Origin: a virus
Lineage: Duplodnaviria > Caudoviricetes
Direction: 5' to 3' (one strand)
IMG/VR virus record: IMGVR_UViG_3300015606_001334
Span: 32,001-96,000 of that record
DNA length: 64,000 nucleotides
The notes beneath the pieces were generated by a model that saw nothing but the letters and a program-made list of their open reading frames with translations, was not told where the DNA came from and searched no databases. The position numbers were made by a program, and so were the translations under genes. Below, in pieces: positions 43,938 to 53,952 of this stretch (its first letter is position 1; the number at the start of each line of letters is the position of its first letter).

Positions 43938-44987
43938 TTAGTCGTAGAACGCTAGTTCTCTTAGTCGTCTTCCATCATCGAAGATGGATTCAATTTTAAG
44001 CATATTCACTAAGCCAGATCTTGACATGACTTCTTGGAATGAGTCAAGAAACTTCTTCTTGTCATCATGCAATTGACCATGGCGTGGCAACTGATAGAAC
44101 CAAGCAAAAATATCTTTTGCCACATGGTTTGTGTTCTCAAGCAAAGCAATCAAATCACCAAGAGCGCTGAAAAATTCTGGGGCAGCAGTACGTTCAGTAA
44201 AGAGTCTATACTCGTCTTTGTACAAATCCGCCTCAGTAATGACCGTCATTTTCTTAATGGCATTCTGAAGAGTTCTGGAAAAACCTCGATAGGCCTTTGA
44301 ATGAACTACCACATCCTTCGCTTCACTATCACCAGAATATTCATCTAGCATGTAGGCGATAAGGGCTGCACGGTACAATCTTGGAACGAATTTCTTTTCA
44401 GAAACCTTTATAGCATTTCTGCCGTCATGAAGGAATGATCGTTTTCCGTCCAAGCTAAAGTCAAATGTGACAGTTGCTGCAGGTATTGCGTCAACAATTT
44501 GCTTCAAGTATCCCAAAATCATGTCATAATCTTCTTCGATTAGCATGCTTAGGATTGTGTCGTGATGAGGATGGTTCTTAATTTCCTCGTGGTCAAATGA
44601 CAAAATTCCGTCGGTCAAGGTAAGATGATCAAAGAAGAATTTCGCAAACTCTTTACGCTTTCTTTGGATCATGATATTGAAAATCGGCGATCCAGTAAAT
44701 TCCTTTAAGAAGGGGATGAAAGCATCTTCGCTAGCCAGAAGTTCATCAAACTTTCCAACAACGAGATTCTTGATTTCAGGATTCTCTTTGAAAATATCCG
44801 ATACTTCAGGATGATGCCAACGATCTTCCGAATCTTTAACGTTAAAGTTGCCCCAACGAATTACAGATTTAGCTTTCTCTACAGAGTCAATTGACTCAAC
44901 GGCAGATACAATTGCGTCATTGATACGCTTGTTGTATTCTTCTTTCCAATTATCGGATTCAAAAATTCTTAGGTCGGCGATTTTCAT
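43938..44987 (-). CDS. hypothetical late protein (possibly virion internal)
   Basis: MKIADLRIFES; ATAAATA upstream. Confidence 0.7.
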   Translation of the reverse strand: MKIADLRIFESDNWKEEYNKRINDAIVSAVESIDSVEKAKSVIRWGNFNVKDSEDRWHHPEVSDIFKENPEIKNLVVGKFDELLASEDAFIPFLKEFTGSPIFNIMIQRKRKEFAKFFFDHLTLTDGILSFDHEEIKNHPHHDTILSMLIEEDYDMILGYLKQIVDAIPAATVTFDFSLDGKRSFLHDGRNAIKVSEKKFVPRLYRAALIAYMLDEYSGDSEAKDVVVHSKAYRGFSRTLQNAIKKMTVITEADLYKDEYRLFTERTAAPEFFSALGDLIALLENTNHVAKDIFAWFYQLPRHGQLHDDKKKFLDSFQEVMSRSGLVNMLKIESIFDDGRRLRELAFYD

Positions 44988-45019
44988 AAAAATAGCTCAG
45001 TGGTTGACTGAGCTATTTA

Positions 45020-45574
45020 TTAAAGTAAGCGATTGATGAGGACCTTCGCACGATCAATCAAGACCTTTTGGAAATCCGATCCTTCATACTGACCGTACAT
45101 CTTTTCCAATCCTTCGATGAACATTCTCTTTTCTCTAACCCACCGAGGTCTAAAATCGTCCGGAAGAGAGTGCCCTTCTTCAAGATTCGCAACTACATCG
45201 GCGGCCTTCACATTATGATTTTGGAAGTTGCCAGTCATGTAGTGATGAAAATCAATTTTGACACGAACAGATCGATTACCGTCTTCCTTCTTGCTGATCT
45301 TCATTGAATGTTGAATGATAGAGAGAACTGCGGATCCAAATCTAAGATCAATTTCTATTTCAAGAAGTTTTTTGGCGTCATCACCCTCTGTATCTTCGAT
45401 AGTATCATGGAGCAGCCCTGCAATTACTTCTTCGATAGGACGGCCTAGCTCGATTAGGATGTCAGCAACACGGATTGGGTGATTGATGTAAGGAGTTCCA
45501 TCGGCTCGAACCTGATGACGATGGATTTCAGTCGCAAGTGCTAGAGCATCTTGGTAGTCTTTAGTGTCTTTCAT
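45020..45574 (-). CDS. small alarmone hydrolase-like HD protein (SpoT-HD/Mesh1 type)
   Basis: HRHQVRADGTPYINHP, GLLHDTIEDT, VKAADVVAN. Confidence 0.85.
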   Translation of the reverse strand: MKDTKDYQDALALATEIHRHQVRADGTPYINHPIRVADILIELGRPIEEVIAGLLHDTIEDTEGDDAKKLLEIEIDLRFGSAVLSIIQHSMKISKKEDGNRSVRVKIDFHHYMTGNFQNHNVKAADVVANLEEGHSLPDDFRPRWVREKRMFIEGLEKMYGQYEGSDFQKVLIDRAKVLINRLL

Positions 45575-45879
45575 CTTCTTCTTTTCTTCTTTCGATCTTG
45601 GGTTTCATCAGTGCCCGAATAGTAGTCGATAGGTTTCTTTCGAACCCATGGGATAAACTTCTGAAATTCAGAGTGTTCTTTGATTCTATCCCAGGTATGA
45701 TAGAAGTTCAGTAGTTCCCGCTCAGTGAACGTCGCATGGATCTTGCGATGGCAGATCTTGTGGACAGTGAACGTTTCCTTCCCACCGAAGGTCTTCGGAA
45801 TTAGATGATGTTCATCTACCAGAACCTCACCCAAAGGTCTTGAACAAATTGGACACAACTTTTCTTGCATGTTTCTCAC
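45571..45879 (-). CDS. small HNH protein
   Basis: CPICSR...HHLIPKTFGG...CHRKIH. Confidence 0.8.
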   Translation of the reverse strand: MRNMQEKLCPICSRPLGEVLVDEHHLIPKTFGGKETFTVHKICHRKIHATFTERELLNFYHTWDRIKEHSEFQKFIPWVRKKPIDYYSGTDETQDRKKKRRR

Positions 45880-45906
45880 CTGACGTTTTGCAACATTATA
45901 TCACAA

Positions 45907-46518
45907 TTACTGAGGTAAGGAAACTCTTGTTTGAAAAATTAGTGGCTTAGTTGAGTCGATCATCGTTGGAAAGATGACTTGAGTGTTGTGTCCAGTCAAA
46001 GTTGTTACTTGCTTAGCTATGTCTTGCATCATCTCTCTTCGCGTAGTTCTGAAGTGATCGAACAAAACGTAAATCGGATGAACTTCGAAAATTATTTGAC
46101 CGCCTGGTTCAACGAATGTAGACATCCATTCTACGTCTTTAGCGATCTGCTCGGGAGTTTTGTACTTCAGCCAATATCCAGTTAATGCGATTGCGTTTTG
46201 ACATTGCATCTTTTTGAGGACATCAAGAGACGGATCCAAATAATGGATTACTCTAGGATCAATTTTAGTGTCATAGTCACGGAATCCTACGACATAAAGT
46301 TGGTTGATTAGGTCCTTCATATGGAGACCGCTAACACCAAAACTTATGGTAGAACCTTTATCCAAAAGATCTGCAATGTCTTTATGTCGTTGACTTATTT
46401 TGGCTACTCCATGTCTGCTTTGAATGTATGAGCGGACATTTTGGAAATTGCTTCTCAGATAGAGCTTGAATTTTGATAGCTCAGATTTATACGGATGATC
46501 GTACGATTCGATGCTCAT
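45907..46518 (-). CDS. hypothetical protein (degenerate methyltransferase-like?)
   Basis: ORF track; 'VEPGGQIIF'. Confidence 0.55.
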   Translation of the reverse strand: MSIESYDHPYKSELSKFKLYLRSNFQNVRSYIQSRHGVAKISQRHKDIADLLDKGSTISFGVSGLHMKDLINQLYVVGFRDYDTKIDPRVIHYLDPSLDVLKKMQCQNAIALTGYWLKYKTPEQIAKDVEWMSTFVEPGGQIIFEVHPIYVLFDHFRTTRREMMQDIAKQVTTLTGHNTQVIFPTMIDSTKPLIFQTRVSLPQ

Positions 46519-47750
46519 TTCTTGAATACCATATAAGTTGTTGGGTGAACGAAGTTGAAATATCTACCATCGTCGTTTGCATTGAATCCGAATGCTAGCA
46601 TTTCTCCACCAACTAATGAAGAAACCCAGGATATGATTGACTCATCATATCCTTCAGGTAATGTCTTCACATTTACCGATCCGTCATGAATGATAAAGTA
46701 CTTGTTGATCGCAAAATAGAGGATACCGCCTGGCCGGGTATTCGTCACTGCACGTTCTATCCTATTTGCTATGGTTCGCAATGACGTATCTGAATTTATT
46801 ATAGTGATTGACATGTCGTGAAGAACGTCATTGCTATCAAAATTGAAGAATTTTCTGAAGTATTCAACGTCACCTTGAGCAAAAATAGTCGATGGCTTTG
46901 CTGAATTAACAAGGTCGATCAAGAGTTGATCTTGTGCGAACTCTAATTTATCACCATCTATGAATGCGTTCTTTTGAAGATCCCACCAAGATTTTGTTGA
47001 CCTACTACCCGCATATCCATTTCCATTCCTTGAAACCTCTACAGGTCGTGTGCCAGCTTCGTTGATTTGATACTTTTTAAGGAACTCAATAAAAGGAGGT
47101 TTTGCTCGTGGAGTTAACTCAAGAGTTTTTCTGCGCCATTCATTGATGAACTCTCTGTCGAAGTTTTCTCTTGGATAGCCTGAAACATTTGATAGCACTG
47201 AAACGAATTCTTCAATATCACCATTCAACATCAAATTAAACGGAATATTCGTATTACCTTCTGCTTCTTCGTTGAAGTGTGAATGGTATTTGATCATGAT
47301 TTTAGTCCAAAACTCCATGGACTTATCAAGATCGTGTGATTTCATAGCGGTGTCTTGAGTGTACTTGTAGATGATCACGTCACTCAATGTTTCATAATCA
47401 TCGATCGTATAAGAAATCGTCAAGACCTTCGGAAATTGACTAAGAGTTTTCTTGAGGTCGGTAATATGAGTGTGAACAAAATATGGTGGTTCGCCGAAAG
47501 CGAAAGCCATAGAGTTCAACGCATTCATTTTTATGTCGTCGTCATGAATAGGACCCAATCCATGACTTGGATGAATGTAGTGTGAGAAGTCTTGCTCTCT
47601 ACTATGGCAATTTCCATAGCGACTCAGCTTAATTGCTATCTTCTCGTTATATTTAGCCCCAGTTAGGACGGTGGTTAGAAAAACCCCGCCAGTCCCAACC
47701 ATGTATCTAACAGGAATCGTATCCGCTGCTACAAAATTGGTTCTTATCAT
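46515..47750 (-). CDS. hypothetical two-domain protein
   Basis: ORF track; GTGG.FL N-terminus, 'RPGGILY' C-terminal domain. Confidence 0.6.
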   Translation of the reverse strand: MIRTNFVAADTIPVRYMVGTGGVFLTTVLTGAKYNEKIAIKLSRYGNCHSREQDFSHYIHPSHGLGPIHDDDIKMNALNSMAFAFGEPPYFVHTHITDLKKTLSQFPKVLTISYTIDDYETLSDVIIYKYTQDTAMKSHDLDKSMEFWTKIMIKYHSHFNEEAEGNTNIPFNLMLNGDIEEFVSVLSNVSGYPRENFDREFINEWRRKTLELTPRAKPPFIEFLKKYQINEAGTRPVEVSRNGNGYAGSRSTKSWWDLQKNAFIDGDKLEFAQDQLLIDLVNSAKPSTIFAQGDVEYFRKFFNFDSNDVLHDMSITIINSDTSLRTIANRIERAVTNTRPGGILYFAINKYFIIHDGSVNVKTLPEGYDESIISWVSSLVGGEMLAFGFNANDDGRYFNFVHPTTYMVFKK

Positions 47751-48799
47751 TTTGCCTTAGCTGCGATGTTGTCTTTGTAGAAAGCTTCTTGACCAAAGAC
47801 GATAGTCGACCACCAAACTAGGTTCTTAAGTGCTTGCTTAGTGGTGATGTTCTCGAGCTGCTTAGTCGCCTTATTGACGTCATCGCCAACAATCCATTCA
47901 TATTTGCCTGTTTCTTTTTCAATGGCAGCAACAGACGCAGGATCGGCAAGCATTTCATTTAGAGACTTACGTAGAACTTGTGCATTTGGATTAGTCTTGT
48001 CGACCCACAAGCTCTTTTGTAGAGTGTCACGATATTGCTTCACTAGAAGATAAGCATTGTAGAATTCACCAGAAGGTTGAACACCCCACTTCTTTTTGAA
48101 CACTTCTTGGAAGGTCAAGCCTGGGAAGTTTGGATCAAGAGCGACCTTTCCAGTCTTGATGTCCATAGTACCGTGGCTAAACCAATCGGTGTTGTCTGCC
48201 ATAGTCTTGTAGTACTTGTTGTAAGCTGCGGTCGTTTCACGAGTAGCAGTTAGCTCACCACGAATATAAGCAAGACGGCGTTCGCTACCCTTCATGCCAG
48301 GAACGTACTTCATTTTCTGTTTGTAGCAATCGGCGTATTCAGTCATAGACTTATTTGGGCCACACATAAGCATGGTCATAGCCATCGCATCAGGATTCAT
48401 ACCAGAACCTGCTGCAAATTTAACGCCTGCTGAATAAGGGTCAACTTCTTTACGGTGACCGACCATAATTGTCAAATTCTGAAGACCAATTGGAGTATAA
48501 TTGGCATAATTGTAGTCGACCTTATGGATCAAGTAGCTTTCAGCATTACCACCGTGGGCAACCATGATTACCTTTGGATCTTTACGAAGTTCATTGTGGA
48601 ACTTGTTAAAACCTGGAATGTCGTTTGCGCCTGGAATATGCTCAAGTACGATCTTCTCGCCTAGTTTCTTTTCCCATTCTCTTGCTACAACAGAAGCCCA
48701 AACGGAAGTTCCATCTCCTGGATTTTGAGGGATGATTAGTCGATAGTCAGCCATCGCTGAAGTAGTGATCAGAGATAGAACGAGTAGTAGTTTCTTCAT
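47747..48799 (-). CDS. tctC: tripartite tricarboxylate transporter substrate-binding protein (TctC/Bug-like)
   Basis: Signal peptide; 'LIIPQNPGDGTSVWA...IVLEHIPGA'; in operon with TctA. Confidence 0.7.
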   Translation of the reverse strand: MKKLLLVLSLITTSAMADYRLIIPQNPGDGTSVWASVVAREWEKKLGEKIVLEHIPGANDIPGFNKFHNELRKDPKVIMVAHGGNAESYLIHKVDYNYANYTPIGLQNLTIMVGHRKEVDPYSAGVKFAAGSGMNPDAMAMTMLMCGPNKSMTEYADCYKQKMKYVPGMKGSERRLAYIRGELTATRETTAAYNKYYKTMADNTDWFSHGTMDIKTGKVALDPNFPGLTFQEVFKKKWGVQPSGEFYNAYLLVKQYRDTLQKSLWVDKTNPNAQVLRKSLNEMLADPASVAAIEKETGKYEWIVGDDVNKATKQLENITTKQALKNLVWWSTIVFGQEAFYKDNIAAKAK

Positions 48800-48808
48800 G
48801 ATTTTCCT

Positions 48809-49525
48809 TTATAGCTGTACGATTTGGTTGGTTGATGCTTTTTCCAGAACTTCTTTAGTCCGTTCAGACGTAAGTCCTGTTAATTGTAGGATAGGTCTAT
48901 CCCAAAAACCCATATTACAGGTGGAATGGGGTAAATCAAACCATTCCCACGTAATGCAATCTCCCTTTTTCCAATTGGTAAAGGTTGCATTTCCGATTTG
49001 CCAGATTTGACCGTGTTTCCAGTCGTCAAGAAAGACGATGAAACGTCTGGCAGAATCTGGATTTATGTCCATTTCGGTCTGTTGAAATGTATTTTCGCGG
49101 GTAAAATGACCTGCAAAATTATCAATATGCCATGGGACCATTTGCCCCATTCTTTGATTGTGAAACTTTATTCCGGAACCGTCAAGGCCAAGATAGTCAT
49201 TGATTGCCTTGAAGATAGGAAAGTCATCAGCAAGGGTACGCTCAAAGATCTTCATTTTAGGATCTGCACCATGCTTGATAAGGTCAGCTTCTTCAGCCTC
49301 AGCAGAGTAAAGGTTGTCGACACCCGGAACTCTATCTGCAAAGGTATTTGGTTTAACACGGGTCAAACACTCTTTAACGGCGTCAGTAAAATCGCCGATA
49401 AATCGACAAACAAAAGTGAAGCTGTCTTTACCAGGTTCTGCTGGAATTGATGGATCAAAATGCCATCTACTTCGATTCTTGGTAAATTCCCATTTTGATC
49501 CATTCCAATTTTCTATTTTTGTCAT
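48809..49525 (-). CDS. 2OG-Fe(II) dioxygenase-like protein
   Basis: PWHID...RRFIVFLDDW..G...W..G...PHST.N.G...R..LQ. Confidence 0.7.
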   Translation of the reverse strand: MTKIENWNGSKWEFTKNRSRWHFDPSIPAEPGKDSFTFVCRFIGDFTDAVKECLTRVKPNTFADRVPGVDNLYSAEAEEADLIKHGADPKMKIFERTLADDFPIFKAINDYLGLDGSGIKFHNQRMGQMVPWHIDNFAGHFTRENTFQQTEMDINPDSARRFIVFLDDWKHGQIWQIGNATFTNWKKGDCITWEWFDLPHSTCNMGFWDRPILQLTGLTSERTKEVLEKASTNQIVQL

Positions 49526-50970
49526 ACGTATTTCACTTGCGATTTGTTGAAGAATAACCCATAAATGATTGCCGCTAGGGTTACGAATAGTAGTGTTGCA
49601 CTGATTGGTCTGGCAAAAATATCATTCCACTCATAGAGTATATTGTACTGGCGAAGAGTAGCTTCCAATCTATCGCTTAACACGAAACCAATGATGATTG
49701 CTGCTCGACTAAATTTGAATCTTTTAGCTAGAATGCCAGCTCCGCAACATAGAGCAAACATCGCGTAATCTTCCCAATATCCTGTATATTGAACTGAAGA
49801 CCAAAGCACTAATACGAGAAGTAGCCAGAAATAATAGTTGAATGGGACATTCATCAACTTTACCGCAAATCTGATAAACACTATGCTAATTACAAACGTC
49901 AGCAACATGCTCCACATGTAGGCGTTTGAAAGATTGTTGAAGAACGTCAAATCATTCAGCAAAGCTGGAGAACCAAGTTCCAACCCAACTAGAATGAAGA
50001 GACTCATAATGATCGCTTCAAACGGAGCGGCAGGAATACCAAACAAAACTGTTGGAACATAAGCAGTTGCCTTTTGGGCGTTATTCGCCCCTTCGCAACC
50101 AATTACCCCTTTAATGTTCCCTTCACCAAACGGAATCTTCTCATTCTTATTTAACGCTACCGTTTGGCCATATGCGAGCCAATCGCAAATATTTCCACCA
50201 ACTCCAGGGAGAATGCCAACGAATGCACCAATGAATCCGCCTCGTAGTCCATCCCAACGGTGTTGCCAACTATCCTTCATACCTTGCCAAATCTGACGCC
50301 AAATCCCTGCTGTGTCTATCCTTGTGATTTGCCCCTTTGAGTTGTAAGCTTCAATTAGCTCAGGTACCGCAAGGAAGCCAGCCATCACTGGCATAATCTG
50401 AATGCCGTTCTGAAGATAGTACCAACCGCCAGTAAACCGTGCTGCTCCAGATACTGGATCCTGACCTATAAGGCCAAGGAAAACTCCCAAAATAAGAGCA
50501 ATAATCCCTCTTACCCAGTACTCACTATTGAGGAATACTACTCCACTGAAGGCCAGTAGCAAGAACGCCAGCATTTCAGGCAATCCAAATTTAAGAACGA
50601 ATTGACCGTAGTATGGAAGGAATAGGAACACTAAGGCTCCCCAGATAAATCCATTGACTGTGGAGGTGGTAATTGCGGCACTTAACGCTCGTGCTCCCTC
50701 TCCCCGTTGAGCCATTGGGAATCCATCTACCATTGTGGCAGCCGATCCAGAAGCTCCTGGAATATTCATCATTACGCTGGCGAATGAATCTCCAACTGTC
50801 GACGAAACGACAATAGCAGTCGTGAATACGACAAGTAGATAAGGATCTGCTAGGAAATAGTTGAGGAATGGAAAAATCGTGATTAGTGCGGTTGCAGCAC
50901 CAGCGACGGGTATAATCCCAAACACAAACCCATAAATGGTTCCTGCGATAATAGCGATTGGGTATTCCAT
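49522..50970 (-). CDS. tctA: tripartite tricarboxylate transporter permease TctA
   Basis: NIPG..SAATMVDGFPMAQRG, GILPGVG, EGANNA, PTVLFGIP; many TM helices; start reassigned to MEYPI. Confidence 0.9.
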   Translation of the reverse strand: MEYPIAIIAGTIYGFVFGIIPVAGAATALITIFPFLNYFLADPYLLVVFTTAIVVSSTVGDSFASVMMNIPGASGSAATMVDGFPMAQRGEGARALSAAITTSTVNGFIWGALVFLFLPYYGQFVLKFGLPEMLAFLLLAFSGVVFLNSEYWVRGIIALILGVFLGLIGQDPVSGAARFTGGWYYLQNGIQIMPVMAGFLAVPELIEAYNSKGQITRIDTAGIWRQIWQGMKDSWQHRWDGLRGGFIGAFVGILPGVGGNICDWLAYGQTVALNKNEKIPFGEGNIKGVIGCEGANNAQKATAYVPTVLFGIPAAPFEAIIMSLFILVGLELGSPALLNDLTFFNNLSNAYMWSMLLTFVISIVFIRFAVKLMNVPFNYYFWLLLVLVLWSSVQYTGYWEDYAMFALCCGAGILAKRFKFSRAAIIIGFVLSDRLEATLRQYNILYEWNDIFARPISATLLFVTLAAIIYGLFFNKSQVKYV

Positions 50971-51200
50971 TATTTGACGAAGTACATGTAGATTAGACCT
51001 GGAATAATGATGGCAAATTGCGGTAGAAAGTTCATCATCAACGCCTTCTCTTTCCAACGATAGCCCACATAAACCCAACCGCTTGCACCAATCATTTGGA
51101 CAAGGCTATTCCAAGGTGTCATGCCTAGAACATGTAAAACCATTGCGCAAAGAATAGTGAAAGCTGATGCCCACTTGATGTACCAAACGTGGTCTCTCAT
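50970..51200 (-). CDS. small membrane protein
   Basis: WYIKWAS...PWN...GW.YVG..W; three short TM segments. Confidence 0.7.
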   Translation of the reverse strand: MRDHVWYIKWASAFTILCAMVLHVLGMTPWNSLVQMIGASGWVYVGYRWKEKALMMNFLPQFAIIIPGLIYMYFVK

Positions 51201-51793
51201 TTGATCACCGTCACTAGAACATCTTTCCATACGTTATCAACTTCTACCTCTTGACCGAAGTTTCTCTTTATCCATCCTTTAGTCAAGTAACTCCACTGAG
51301 CGTCATGACTGCAGGCAAAATCGAGAATGTGGTTATTCTGTTCACAGATCGCTGCGTGCATTTTCGCAGAGTTTTCATATGCTTGATAGTTTGGGTACGA
51401 GATCTGGAAGCCACCAGCTTCATGCCACCACGTGTATGAAGCCATGTCAGGTCTGTAGACAAGCATGATCCAATCTTCGTGGAAAACATCCTTAATGTCA
51501 TGAAGAACATAAGCCCATTCATGGCTCTTTACGATTTTCATTCCTTCTTGAGTTTTCCAAGCAGAATCGACGTAAGCTGCAGGATCTGGTCGATCAAAGA
51601 TGAAAGAATCAAATTCCATCCCTGTACCGAAATAAGCGCCTTTATGACCTGAATAAGAGGTGTGACGATACTCGCGATCTGGGGTACAATCAGAATTGTT
51701 TACTCCTTGCATTTTGGAAAGGAGTTGTGAAATTCCTGACCATCTAGATCCTGGTACACCAGTGAAAAACAATCGGTTTGGAAGTTTTGCCAT
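51197..51793 (-). CDS. sulfotransferase-like/P-loop hypothetical protein
   Basis: FFTGVPGSRWSG, IVKSHEW, LVYR. Confidence 0.55.
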   Translation of the reverse strand: MAKLPNRLFFTGVPGSRWSGISQLLSKMQGVNNSDCTPDREYRHTSYSGHKGAYFGTGMEFDSFIFDRPDPAAYVDSAWKTQEGMKIVKSHEWAYVLHDIKDVFHEDWIMLVYRPDMASYTWWHEAGGFQISYPNYQAYENSAKMHAAICEQNNHILDFACSHDAQWSYLTKGWIKRNFGQEVEVDNVWKDVLVTVIK

Positions 51794-51829
51794 AAATACT
51801 ATCTCTGAATTTTACTTCCGTTATTTATC

Positions 51830-52363
51830 ATGTCACAGAACACCATTAACGACTACTTCTTGAACCATTGGCTACCTAAGAGCAGTCTGTCAAGATTTGA
51901 AACGTATGAGTTCAGCGGCCTTAAAATCCTTGAAAAGATTGGTGCTGATGATAAAGTGTTGGATGTTGGTTGTGGAAAGAACTTCTTTAAAGGGAAAATA
52001 AAGAATCTTTACGGGATTGACCCTGTCAGTCATTATGCTGATGAAGTTGTCTCAATAGAAGACTTCGTTACAAGAAAGAAGTTTGACGTTGCTTTATGTT
52101 TAGGCAGCATCAATTTCGGATCAAGGAACAACATCATTTCCCAAATTGCAAAAGTAACAGGACTACTCAACCAAAAAGCAAAGATATTTTGGCGTTGTAA
52201 TCCTGGCGCTCATGATCATGGTTCAGATGAATTTAAGAGTATTGAGGTCTATAATTGGACTTTTGATGATCACTATGAATTCGCTGAAATGTTTGGATTC
52301 ATGGTGACTGATATGAAGCCTGACTCAAATAACCGAATTTACGCTGAGTGGTTCAGAACTTAA
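51830..52363 (+). CDS. class I SAM-dependent methyltransferase
   Basis: VLDVGCGKN, GIDP, FDVALCLGSINF. Confidence 0.85.
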   Translation: MSQNTINDYFLNHWLPKSSLSRFETYEFSGLKILEKIGADDKVLDVGCGKNFFKGKIKNLYGIDPVSHYADEVVSIEDFVTRKKFDVALCLGSINFGSRNNIISQIAKVTGLLNQKAKIFWRCNPGAHDHGSDEFKSIEVYNWTFDDHYEFAEMFGFMVTDMKPDSNNRIYAEWFRT

Positions 52364-52987
52364 CAGAAGTTCTTTCAATGTTCTGAAATACACATTTGCT
52401 TCAGCTAATGCAAGATCTACTTCTAAGATTCGATCTTCAGGCAAAGAGCTGATCATACGATGGACATGGAAGCAGGGTCTAGCAAAGTTTGCATCCATCC
52501 AGCGTCTAGCCAAAAAGGTATTTAGCTCACGATGAGTTACCTCTTGAGTATCGGCTTTTGCTCTTACCCCATCATCAACGTGGCTAAATTTACCAGGCGG
52601 AAGTAGGATAGCGACGTCATAATGCTTCATCGCAGCAAAACATTCGCTATGATACTCAATCAACCATTCATCGTACTCTCGACTGTTGAATAGTGGTTGC
52701 CAAGTTTTAGCGAAAGCATAAAAATCAGCAGGACACCGCTCAACGAAAGTCCATTCAACTTCATGGTCATCTTTCAATGATTCGTCATTTGTGATTTTCC
52801 AGTCTAGAATCAGATCTTGGAATTCCATTGTCTTGACGGGATCTTTAAGAATGTCATAAAGATCCATTTTCATTTTTCTGAGAATGGCTCGAGCAACTCT
52901 AAATTTATCTACCCTATATCTCAATCCCTCAAGAAGCGTAGATTTTCCGGTACCAGCAGCACCGGAAACCGAGACTAACTTGCTCAT
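52325..52987 (-). CDS. P-loop kinase/ATPase (AAA_28-like)
   Basis: SGAAGTGKST; VERCPAD; DDGVR. Confidence 0.75.
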   Translation of the reverse strand: MSKLVSVSGAAGTGKSTLLEGLRYRVDKFRVARAILRKMKMDLYDILKDPVKTMEFQDLILDWKITNDESLKDDHEVEWTFVERCPADFYAFAKTWQPLFNSREYDEWLIEYHSECFAAMKHYDVAILLPPGKFSHVDDGVRAKADTQEVTHRELNTFLARRWMDANFARPCFHVHRMISSLPEDRILEVDLALAEANVYFRTLKELLLSSEPLSVNSVI

Positions 52988-52988
52988 C

Positions 52989-53504
52989 TTACCAATCCTT
53001 GAAAGGATGATCAGCTAGACGAACATTGGTGTACTTTGGATCATGAGTAACTTCTTCACCAATGAAGGAAGGAAGCTCGAATTCTTCATCCTCAGAAGAT
53101 AGTTCGATTTCAGCAACCCATAGACCTTCATTGACTCCATGGAACTGATCAATTTCCCAAGTATGATTACCAACCTTTATCTTGTAACGAGTCTTGTCGA
53201 CAAGATTACCGCAAAAGTTTTCAAGAAGCTGGGTAGCAATATCTTTTCGAATCGCAGCTTCTATTTCAACGCGTGAAATGCCTTCAACTCCTTCAGCCTT
53301 TCCTTTGACGGTCAAATAACCGCCTGGACCAAAATCCAGCGGATTGTCGGTAATTCTGATACGAATTACTTTTTCTGCATCACGGGAAAGATACCCTTGC
53401 GTGATTCGTTCACGATTGCCCCAACCTTGTAGTAGTTCAGGGGTAAGACGCTCTTTTAGTAGGAACTTTCGTTCAATTTCCTTCGGAAGCTCTTGCTCGC
53501 TCAT
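52989..53504 (-). CDS. CYTH-domain triphosphatase
   Basis: EIERKFL, QGYL, RIR, LTVKG, WEIDQF, AEIEL, EVT.DPKY. Confidence 0.92.
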   Translation of the reverse strand: MSEQELPKEIERKFLLKERLTPELLQGWGNRERITQGYLSRDAEKVIRIRITDNPLDFGPGGYLTVKGKAEGVEGISRVEIEAAIRKDIATQLLENFCGNLVDKTRYKIKVGNHTWEIDQFHGVNEGLWVAEIELSSEDEEFELPSFIGEEVTHDPKYTNVRLADHPFKDW

Positions 53505-53952
53505 TTATGCTCTCCTGTATTTTTGTTTTTGCTGTTTGAATTGCTTGGACGTAATCATCAATTGCTGCATCGTTTCTAAAGATGAATTGGTTTTCAACTT
53601 GAATGTACCCTTTGAACCAGATGTCACGGGTGAAACGAATTCTTGCAGCAATATGTTCAATCAATAGCTTAGCCTTGTAGTAAGCCATCTTAAAGTAATC
53701 ACCATTCTGCATTGCTTCTGAGTACTCGTAGCGAGAATCCCAGGTAGTAAACTGACTGGTGATTACCTTGGAATAGATTTGCAAGTTGACTTGACCACCA
53801 ACATCTTCATCTGCTTCTACGATCAAGCTTTGGTTGTGGTTATCCGCCATGCAAGAGCAGATGGCCTCGTAGAAAACTGCATCCTTAAACTCGGCCACTT
53901 TACAAATATTGTTTGTCGTCATTAATTTCTCATTAGTTTGGAGACATCGCAA
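53473..53952 (-). CDS. hypothetical protein
   Basis: ORF track. Confidence 0.6.
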   Translation of the reverse strand: MRCLQTNEKLMTTNNICKVAEFKDAVFYEAICSCMADNHNQSLIVEADEDVGGQVNLQIYSKVITSQFTTWDSRYEYSEAMQNGDYFKMAYYKAKLLIEHIAARIRFTRDIWFKGYIQVENQFIFRNDAAIDDYVQAIQTAKTKIQESINERARASEGN

